DNA of 64,000 nt, taken from the NCBI RefSeq assembly GCF_009914755.1, contig NC_060927.1. One strand, 5' to 3'. Numbering within the stretch: the first letter of the stretch is position 1; each line of letters opens with the position of its first letter. Positions 54,128 to 64,000 of the stretch are shown here, one piece after another. A program made the position numbers and the translations under genes. The notes beneath the pieces are model-generated. The model worked only from the letters and a program-made list of their open reading frames with translations. It had not been told where the DNA came from and did no database searches. This DNA comes from the human T2T-CHM13v2.0 reference genome, Homo sapiens.

Positions 54128-57100
54128 GCACTTCTGCATGCCCTATTTCTTTCACTCTTGTCCTCAAATGCAGGACTCCATTTAAAAGGAAATTACTGGG
54201 GGAAATAACAGGGAACAGAGGGGTGATTCAGTCCTTGGTTGACCTTACCTAGTCTATTGTTTTCACCAAGTACAGAAACACGACAGTTTCTATGTGAACT
54301 ATAGTTGTAAAAATACAATGTGATTAAGAATATTATTGTAGCAGTCTATCAAAGAACCACAGTATATGATTTTGCTCCACACTATCTATTTTTAAGCTAT
54401 AAAATCAATTGCAACCCTTCTCATTTTTCAAGGTGTTCTTTCTTTCTTCATTGACTAGGAAGAGACATTTTAATAAATTTTAATGTTTTGAAGCCAGGTA
54501 GAATGTAGAACTTAAAATATTTCTTCTAATTCTGGCTATGCTAACTTAACCTTGGAAATATTAATGGTTTCTTCAATGTATTTCTGAAAAAATCAACATT
54601 TTGATTACTGAGTTATTAAATTGCCAGGGCTTTGGCAATTTCAAAATATCTCTGTCTCTGTCTCTTTCTCCATCTCTCTCTCTCTCTCCTTGTTTCAGTT
54701 TGCTACTCAAAATAAATATTCAAAGATTACTTATTATAATTATCTAATTGAATTATATAATTTTATTTCTGAAAGTAAAATGCCAGGTGGAAATTTTATA
54801 TATATCTTACCTAAAATTATTTTTTGTACATCTATAAAATGAATTTTTAACATGCATGTGGTAAAAATTCATTTTCTTTATATGTACATGTTTATGAAGA
54901 AATCTAGACAAATATACACCATATAGGTCTTGGTAGTCTTTGGGCAGTTAGAATTCTTTCTTATCCATTTAAATTTTCTTTCTTATCCATTTAAAATGGT
55001 TTCATGTAATGAGCAGATATTGATGTTGTAACTGAAAAAGAAGTATTAAACTAAAATTAGTCTTTCATGGATGGAATTCGGCATGGTGAAAATGGTGATA
55101 AAACAGATTGCTATGCTGAAAGTCTCATGAAATTCTTTTTCATTACATGCTAACTCATAAAACTCATAAAATTTGAGTGAAAACCAAAAGAACTCTACTC
55201 TGATGAAGGCAGGACTGCTAGCTGTGCCATAATAGGTTATCTTTCACATCCATCAAAAATCTATTGATCATTTAATAACTGCTCCTTGATTAGGGTGGTT
55301 CTTCCAGCAAGAATCCAACTCTGTTTGTTTTCCCTTTTTCCTAATTCTGAGGCATGAAACTTTATAGGAGATTTTGATTCCATGCCCAATCGTACATCTC
55401 ACCTTACAGCCTCTTTATTGGTAATGACCTTGCTTTCATCATGCTTCGCCATGCCAGTCAGCCCATTCTCATCCTAAAGTGCCCAAAGAAACATAAACTC
55501 CTAACAAGTCTTCTGTTTCTCTGTTCTCCTTTCTTCCATTCATTTCACACAAGCCCACCCAATTTATCCTTTTAAAATGTTACTTTAAATATATGACTCA
55601 TATGCTGAAATATCTTTAGGGAGTCTCTCTGACATGAGGAAAAAACCCACACCCTTTAGCCTAGAATTCAAAGCTCTTGGACAGCTTTGTCTGCTCCAAG
55701 TCCCCTAATACAGCCTCTGCTAAACCGGAATAGCCCACTCACTAAATGGCCTTGAACTTCAACACTGTCAAGTGTTGGCTCTTCCTGTTTCTTCTGCCTG
55801 GAATGACTTAGCTTGCGGTTTCTACCAGTCTGACGCCTATAGGGCCAAGTTTAGATTCCACACTTCATATGCTCTTGGCCCACTCTACCCCTAAGATAAC
55901 TCCCCCTTTGCTAAAATCCTGCCCTACCTTCTCATTTGGGCTGTGCTTTATGCTGCTTGACTTTTTTGGTGCACATGGATGCTTCCTCCCAGCTAAATGG
56001 TAACTGCCTTAAAACTGAGGGTTGTGTTTTATCTTTGGTATTTTAAAATTATCTAGAACTATGCCTCTTCAGTAATCTCTTAAGAATTGACATACAGCAA
56101 GTATTTTTTAATTAACTGAAACCTTAACCATCATGTTTTCTAAGCATTTTGGAAAACATGCAAAAGTATAGCACTCCCATTTTTATTTTTAGTAAGTGTT
56201 TAAAGATAAGTAAGTAATATTTGAGTTAACCATTATGAAAACCACAAAAGTAAGTTTACCTTTTGCTCAACTTCCTGTTTCTGAAAATGTCCTTTTCTCA
56301 CTGAGTGTGTTTAGCTAGAGCATTTAAAAAGTTTGTCCAAAACACACAATCATGGCTTGCCTTTAGCAGAAATAATGTGTGTTCCTGCTTCTCTTTGTAA
56401 ATAATTGAATTTGCCTCTGCAGTTCAAGAAGATCACGATTTCTTTTTGTGTGTGAAACTGACTTGCTTCTGTTTTCTCCTTATGTGCAGCAGACTATAAG
56501 GCAGAAGAAACCCTGTGCAATCGGGATATGGTGGGTAGGGAGGATAATAGAAGAGATTGACATGACTTCCATAGAAGAGTTATTTTTAAGTATAGAGAAC
56601 GCCTGTCTATCCCCATGCTGAAAGAGCCTTTAGAAAATATTACCAGGATTGAAAGGCGGTGGGGGCAATTCCCATCACCTGGGATAGCCGTGCCAGTCTG
56701 CGGAGTGTTGCTGCCACCTGCTGCATGCAAACAGCCATGGAGGGGCTGTTGCCTGGGTCTTGCAGCTGCAGGACACCCGAAGTGTAAGCGTTCAGTTAAT
56801 ATTCTGTGGCCATGCATCTGAAATTGTTATACTTTCAGAACCTGTGTGGATCCCAAAGAAAAATTAATCAAATCTGATGGCTTCAGGCCATAGAAGTTTC
56901 TAGATATAAGAATCATTAACTAAGCCCTGAACAATACACAGAAGACAGATTTGCCGTATAGCCACTAAATGCATGGCTCAGGTAGCCCAACCCCAATGAG
57001 AGGCAAGAATTCTACTGAAAGTAAGTCTGTAGCACTGGAAAATAAACGACCATTTCCATGTTTCTGAGTTTACAGACTTTTTTGGAACAACTGTTTCACT

Positions 57101-58189
57101 TTAATACAATAAAAGATAGGAGAAGTCTAAATACCCCAAAGAGGGTATTGTTCTTAGAGAATTCAATAAATGTATATTTGAATTGGTTTCTACTTAGGTA
57201 AATTCCTCTTAATATGAAAAATGGAACGAGATCATAGAATCCCTTCTCCAGGCTTGTAATGTGTCCTGATTTAATAGGGACACCAACGTGCAAATCAGGA
57301 TCTTCATAGTGCATCTCCAGGACTATTTTTGCTGCTATGCTTCATAAAACTTTGATTTACTAGAATTTCCAGGGGCAATGGGAAGAGATGAAGCTACCCA
57401 GAGCAGTTATGTCTCTTCCTGACCTTCTATAAAGGACTTTGAGTTCCCAGGCCTTCCCTGGAAAATCACTGTCAGTACTACCTGACCCAATATCCCCAGT
57501 GACCTGAAACTCATGGGAAGTTGGGAAGGGGTGATAATAAAGGTTTGGGGAGCACTGGACTAGGCAAGCAGTAACTACATCTAAATTCTGCAAGAAATCA
57601 TTAGCTGAGGAATACTGAATAAGTATGGCAATTATCATGGCAAGTATTTGCAGTGGTGGTATAGGGGGTGATCTGGACGTCCAGGAAGACAGTCGCCCTT
57701 GTTTATTTACATGAAAACCTCTCTTCTCCCATCTAAATTTAATCTCCTGAATGGCAAAAGCATTTCCTTCTGTCTTAGCATCGTCCATATTCACCACGAG
57801 TCCTTGCATAGGAGAGATTGGTGTATACATGATGACAACCTGACGAAAATTATCTCCACCTCACCTGAAAAGAATTCCCATCTCAGGATTACAACTGGCC
57901 TTTTCATTTGTCTTTGGTCTTGCTAGGTGGTACGTATATTCTAGTAATGAGATTAGGGTCACAGGATATTTTAATCATTCATACGGTTGTATGAAGACAC
58001 ACATGTTTATTTGTAGTTATTCTTTGTCCATCAAACTTACAGTAGTCCTCACTCTAATGCTTGTTTTCTTAATGTTGGAGGGTGATGACAGCCTATTTTA
58101 TCTCAGGCTGAAAAACTAATACAATTAAATCAGAGAATCATAGCAGGGAACAGTCATCGTGTTCTACGAATAGCCAGACATTTTTACCA

Positions 58190-59060
58190 AGGGGTCACTT
58201 TCCTGAAACCTGTTTGCGGTTCTCTGTAAATAGAAGTAACTAGGCAGATGTAATAAGCCTAATAGCTCACTGAGGTGGGAATTCTCTGCCTTTGGATTCT
58301 GATTGTTACTGCCTTGCTTTGGCTTAGGCATGGATAAACTCTTCTGTGGTGAACAAAAATGGCCTCCAGCCAACCTGGTGGGAGACTTCCCTATCTGACC
58401 TCCAACCTTCCCTCGTCTTCCCAGACGAGGGGTAGAAAAGTAGCCCTCACTCCTCCACTCCCAGGAAATGTGCATTTCCCTGCAAGAGGAGAGACAATAA
58501 AATTTGGTTTGATAGCTGACACTATTCCCTGTTACTTTTCAGATTTTATTAAAATTAAATGTGTTAATTCTTTGTTCTTTCACCCCAGGGCAATTCTGGA
58601 AAGAAAACATATCTTAAGATTGAACAGAAAAACTATTATGAAAAACACCAAGCTCACATTTGTTAAATGACTTTGTGCTCTTGAAAAAAATGTATAAAAA
58701 GCACATTGCCAACTGCTCTGCGTGATATCCTTTGTTTGGATTTTAGACGCAGCTTGACTGACACAGAGATCCTGAATAAGAGACTCTTTGGATACTGAAA
58801 AGTCTCTTAAATAAGGTGATACACAAATTTCAGAGAACAATTTCAACATTGTTCTGTCGAACGTTATACTCAGTCCTGAACCACATTACTTTCCTGTCTA
58901 CGTTTCATTTCCTGGGGGCTTGCCAAGTGATAAACAGACCCAGGCGTGTGTGGTAGAGTTCGGGTTTTTTAGCACGAAGTGGGTGGCTGGAGTTTGCTTG
59001 AAAACATCAATTGACTTTGTGATCATTACAGAAATGCTGGTGTAAGGTGTTCAGAAGACA
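58190..59060 (+). promoter_or_regulatory. CD96: CD96 proximal promoter and 5'UTR (no CpG island); RUNX, ETS, kB-like and TCF-like motifs
   Basis: Lies directly upstream of the ATG. AACCACA near 58879, TGTGGT near 58949, TTTCCTG near 58890 and 58908, GGGAATTCTC at 58277-58286. The TSS cannot be determined from sequence. Confidence 0.65.
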
Positions 59061-59121
59061 ATGGAGAAAAAATGGAAATACTGTGCTGTCTATTACATCA
59101 TCCAGATACATTTTGTCAAGG
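59061..59121 (+). CDS. CD96: CD96 coding exon 1 (signal peptide)
   Basis: ACAATGG strong Kozak; MEKKWKYCAVYYIIQIHFVK+G; donor AGG|GTAAGA at 59122, phase 1. Confidence 0.97.
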
Positions 59122-60399
59122 GTAAGACTTCCAGTTGTCCCTTCTTGTCGGATGGGCCGCTTTAGGGGCGGATGGGGCCTCTGTTCATTTAAAATGCCTT
59201 GTGACTGCTGCTGAAATTGATCACCAAAGGACAAATCATTACTAAGGGTTTCAGTTATGTATTTAAGCGGCAGGTATAAGAGAGATGCTAGAATCTAGAA
59301 ATGATTACTAATGAACACTAAAAATAAGAAGGGAATGGGTCATTTGTGCCACTGCTCTGAGGCATTTTCACCCATTTCCTTTCTAACAGGATCTCTGGAG
59401 TAATTGGCAAATTGTGTTTCTTGGAAATGAAATGCTCTCCAAATGGTAGCCAAAACAACTGCGGAAAAATTAAAAATTACAAAGCCATCAACGCTCAGAG
59501 ATCCTTGTTTAACTTTTTTCTCTCTCAAGTACTCTCTTTCTTTTGGATATAACAAGTATTTCTCATCCAAATACTAAGGTCTTTGGGAGTTGAAAACACG
59601 TTGAATTTTAATGAGGCATGTGTAGGTATGAACCTGGGAGACAAAGTGGAATCCTTATGACAGTGGGAACGAGAGCCTAATGGGCCTATTTAAAAAGAGA
59701 AGGAAGCAAGATTAGTTCTGTATTCCACAGTATGAGAGTATCATAGTAAGCCTGAGTGTCTTAAGAATTAACTGTGCTTTTCAGACATAGCTATAAAAAT
59801 ATTAAGGAGAATTTCTAAATCAAAAGAGATTTGGAATATAATGCTGTAGATAGGATCAGAGCCATATTTTCAGGCAAAGGATAGCTCACAGGAAGTTACA
59901 TTAAACTGTACTAACCTCTGCCTACCAAACTTTTGCATCCACAGAAGTATGATAATTCCCATTTGTCAAGTACTTTTACTTTTAAGAGGCTTGTTTCTTC
60001 TCAGTTGCTTGTCATCTTTTTATCTTTTCCTTTTGTGAGCTTCAGTGGTACTTGTCACAATAATATATATCATTTCTGTAACAGGATTCCATGTTAATTC
60101 TAAAACTGAGGCCAACACTATTGAAGGCATGTCACAGTCTCAATGCTTAACACATTTTAAGTGTCCTGTATCACTCAGTCAGACTGCTGATGGGAAAGAG
60201 ACTCTACTTATGTCTAGTATTTCAGACCATCGATTAGAGGTGATACTAAGTGGAACCTCTACCTAAGGTTAGATGAGGTCCTTTCAATCCTTGTATATTG
60301 AAAGTGAAATTTCTTACTCTAATCAACTAGACTGAATTTGGGAGACAGTTTGGAAGTTATGTGGAAGGAAAATAAAATAAAATAAGTAATAATAAAGTT

Positions 60400-60880
60400 T
60401 AAAATAATAAGCATAACATAGGTAATAGTTAACATTAAGTATAGGTTACTTAGAAGTTATATGTAGGCTAAGAAATTTAAGTAGCCCCTCCCAGCATTGC
60501 TAACAAGTTGCAGCTGTGAGCTTATCTCAACCTTCCAAGCTTCTTGCCTGCCCCCAGACCCCCACATATTTCTGTAACTCCTGTTTTACCTTACCCCATC
60601 TCTGTCTAGCTTCAAGATTGACTGGTCAAGATAACTAAATTGTAAGTTTTCTCAGAATTGTCACGGGTTAAATAATTTACTGTCTTTGCCTGAAACCTGT
60701 ATCCTGCCTTGTTTTCCCACCTCAAACGACATATAAGCAAGCCTGCTTTCTTTGTCAGAGTCAGCAGCCATTTTGGGCATGAGTCTGCTGTGGGCCTGGA
60801 TGCCTGAATTAAATAAAGTTCTCTTTGGTCTCTAAAGGTCTCTTTGTCTTCCTTGGCTGGAGTTTTACTGTTATACTTAT
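60400..60880 (+). mobile_element. LTR-like element in CD96 intron 1 (family not identified)
   Basis: LTR-like layout: TATA-like CATATAAG near 60730, AATAAA near 60812, T/C-rich U5-like tail. Boundaries uncertain. Confidence 0.45.
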
Positions 60881-60942
60881 GAGGGTTATAGAAAGACCAC
60901 AGACTCTGGGCAACTGAATTCATTCTTTTACTGGAGGTGTGA

Positions 60943-61254
<312 letters not shown>

Positions 61255-61857
61255 TGGAGGTGTGACTTTGAGCATACTGTTTCATCTCTCTGTGGCCCAG
61301 TTTCTTCCTCATAAAAAGGGGTTAACAACATCACCTATGGCGTGTGAGGGGGATTAAACAAGATAAGATATGAAAGGCCCTTGTAAACATGTATTTTTCA
61401 AAGAAATTGCTATACACATATCATTTATTTTTGCAGTTTCAGAAAGCATCACGTGTGTATTATATTCAGCTGTCGTTTTATAACCCAAAAAGCCAATTAT
61501 ATTAAACGTAAGAAGAATCGTCATACTAAGTTTGCTGGTGTGCTTCAATTTTCAAATAGGCTTAATTTTATTCACAGGTAGTCTGAAACCTTCAATTATA
61601 TTTTGGTCAGACCAACACATAGATAAATATTTAGAAGTCAGTAATTACCTCTAGCTTCTCTACGTAAATGCCTCCTCATTTATATTGTCTCATGCATCTC
61701 TATCTGAGTGAGACACAAGCTCTACTCTATTCCTAAAGCAGCCAGGGAGAAATTTCCTCAGTTGCTCCCCTCACCTTACTGAAGTGACTAGGGTTTTTAA
61801 TTAAGCGTCATTCTATGTGAATTATTTAAACTCATGGCTCATGTTCTTTCTTTTCAG

Positions 61858-62214
61858 GAGTTTGGGAAAAAACAGTCAACACAGAAGAAAATGTTTATGC
61901 TACACTTGGCTCTGATGTCAACCTGACCTGCCAAACACAGACAGTAGGCTTCTTCGTGCAGATGCAATGGTCCAAGGTCACCAATAAGATAGACCTGATT
62001 GCTGTCTATCATCCCCAATACGGCTTCTACTGTGCCTATGGGAGACCCTGTGAGTCACTTGTGACTTTCACAGAAACTCCTGAGAATGGGTCAAAATGGA
62101 CTCTGCACTTAAGGAATATGTCTTGTTCAGTCAGTGGAAGGTACGAGTGTATGCTTGTTCTGTATCCAGAGGGCATTCAGACTAAAATCTACAACCTTCT
62201 CATTCAGACACACG
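61858..62214 (+). CDS. CD96: CD96 exon 2 (IgV domain 1, CD155-binding)
   Basis: Acceptor TTCTTTCTTTTCAG|GA; 357 nt, phase 1-1; (G)VWEKTVNTEENVYATLGSDVNLTC...MQWSK...AVYHPQYG...SGRYEC...LYPEG...IQTH; donor ACG|GTAAGC. The nectin-family AX6G lock and YP key motifs are present. Confidence 0.98.
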
Positions 62215-62339
62215 GTAAGCATAACTGGTAGAGGGATGTGCTTTCATTCAGCTCTCTCTCATTCAACAAATGTACATTTTAAGAAAAGCAAGGTTAGGCT
62301 TGGTGCTCAGCATACAAAGGTTGAGCAGAAAGAGCTACT

Positions 62340-63110
62340 GTCTGATAAGAGAGACAGGAAGTGACCACAGCATTTAAGTAAATAAATGTAAACTTGCAAC
62401 AGTGATAAGTGTCGATAATAAATACTGTAACAGTCTTGTGAAGGAGCACATCACAGAGGCCATTGAAATTGTCCTTTAGAAATTAACACCATAGCTTAAG
62501 TCTAAAGAATGAGTAGACACTACCACAATTTAGGAGGTGGGGCTGAGGCAGAGTGGGATTGTGAGTAATCCCAGAGAGAGAAAAGAGCTTGCATGAAGCT
62601 CTTTGGAGTGTTTGAAGAAATGGGAAAATGCCAGTGGGACAGCAATACAGCAATTAAAGGATAAGGCAGGTAAGGACCAGATCATGTTGGACCTGGTCAG
62701 CTTCCCTTTTAAAAGGTTTCTATTTTGATCTCAGAACCATAAGAAGACATGGAAGTATTTCCAACAAAAGGATGGCATGACATTTATAGGCTGACTGTAT
62801 TTGTGTTGTTTAAAAAAAAAAAGTCATACTGACTTTCATGTGAAAATGAGGTGAAGATGGACAAGAAGGAGAAGGTAGAGACAACTCAGGAGACCACCTC
62901 AGTAGCCCAGAAAAGAGAGAGTGGTAGTTCAGGTAGATATAGAAGGAAAATGGCAAATTTTGTTCATTGGGCATAAAACAGATATGATCATAGAGAGAAT
63001 ATAAGACAAGGGCAGTATGAAGGAAGGAGAGAAAGAAGTTAAAGGTGACATCTGGGTGTCTGGCATGCACACCTGAATGGTGGTGCTATTCACTGTGATG
63101 GAAGGTAAAG
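62340..63110. mobile_element. decayed L2 fragment
   Basis: Purine-rich L2-like motifs (TTGATCTCAGAACCATAAGAAGACATGGAAG, TGGTGGTGCTATTCACTGTGATGG). Confidence 0.55.
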
Positions 63111-63699
63111 GAAGGTTTGTGGGTGAATTTATGAAAGTGATTCTGGGTATACAATATTTAGTCTAGGGCAGGTAAAGGGACAAAGGAAGCTGCTAACTAT
63201 GAAGCATTCACACCAAACATACTTTGGAGGCCTGCATTTAGAAGTGGGAATCCTAGATTTAAGTTCTAGCTCCTTTCTGAATAGAAATAAAATTTGACTT
63301 GGGGCCTGTGGTGTAAATTCTCTGAGCCCATTTGGAAAATGATTATAATAATGCCTGCCCTAAATTACCTGGTCCTAAAGTAAATGATTTTCATTTCTGC
63401 TAATGGAAAACAATGAAAGTGAAAGCCAACAGATGCAAAATGCACTGGCAGTGGACTGGTTCTAACTCAGGGCAAAGTGGCCTGGTAATATAAGAAAAAA
63501 AAATAACTCGTGAAGGTCATATTAAAGGGGGCATAGAGCTGTCCAGAACAAGCAACAGGTATGGATTTATAGCCTCCTCTCCATGTCTTATAACTTACTT
63601 GCTTTAAAAATATGCTGTTGGAACAGTCCACCTATAGGCCAAGGTCCCATCAACTACTATCTTATAATGCCCAATTCCCTTGCTGTTTTCCAGGAGGAA

Positions 63700-63725
63700 A
63701 ACACACCACACACACACACACACAG

Positions 63726-63759
<34 letters not shown>
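63700..63759. repeat. (CA)n microsatellite in CD96 intron 2
   Basis: Visible directly. Confidence 0.95.
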
Positions 63760-64000
63760 TTCAGTTCAATTAAGGATGGAGTGGAGTGGGATTGAAGTAA
63801 AGAGAAATGGAAGACCTATATAGAAAACTGTTTAGCTATACATAGTTTGATTCAGGTAGCCTGTATTTGGATATTGGCTCTATCATTTACCATACGTTTC
63901 ATCATTCCCAAGTTGTTTCAAGTTTGTTACATAACAAATATGGATAATTATAGTGCTTTCTTTACAGGTATCACTAGCTTGGTGATTAAATGAGATAATC

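Noticed and set aside
57360-57830. 156-aa minus-strand ORF near the CD96 promoter
   Set aside because: No recognisable motif or supporting gene structure; the length is within chance expectation for 64 kb.
61956-62231. 91-aa ORF as a stand-alone gene
   Set aside because: It is the internal part of CD96 exon 2 reading through the donor into intron 2.

Overview
Primate, very probably human, genomic DNA: about 59 kb of repeat-rich upstream sequence followed by the 5' end of CD96 (TACTILE) on the + strand. CD96 coding exon 1 (signal peptide) is at 59061-59121 and exon 2 (IgV domain 1) at 61858-62214. Bases 1-27000 are a stack of nested retroelements, almost all LINE-1s on the + strand: ancient L1M/L1ME, an older primate L1 and an L1PA3. 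They are interrupted by Alus, a MER58 DNA transposon, an ERVL MER54-type LTR that itself holds an antisense HERV-W LTR17, an LTR18 fragment and MaLR LTRs. Bases 40959-47276 are an internally deleted HERV-K provirus with MER11 LTRs (probably HML-8), in the same orientation as CD96. Its gag, pol and env are broken, but the dUTPase-protease-G-patch frame is open. I see no evidence of a wholly new biological system. The best leads are a possible spliced Rec/Np9-like ORF and the open protease frame in the provirus, an in-frame mini-uORF in front of the CD96 start codon, possible LTR-driven or alternatively processed CD96 transcripts, and a young AluY that may be polymorphic. Repeat subfamily names come from my memory of consensus sequences and need RepeatMasker/Dfam confirmation.
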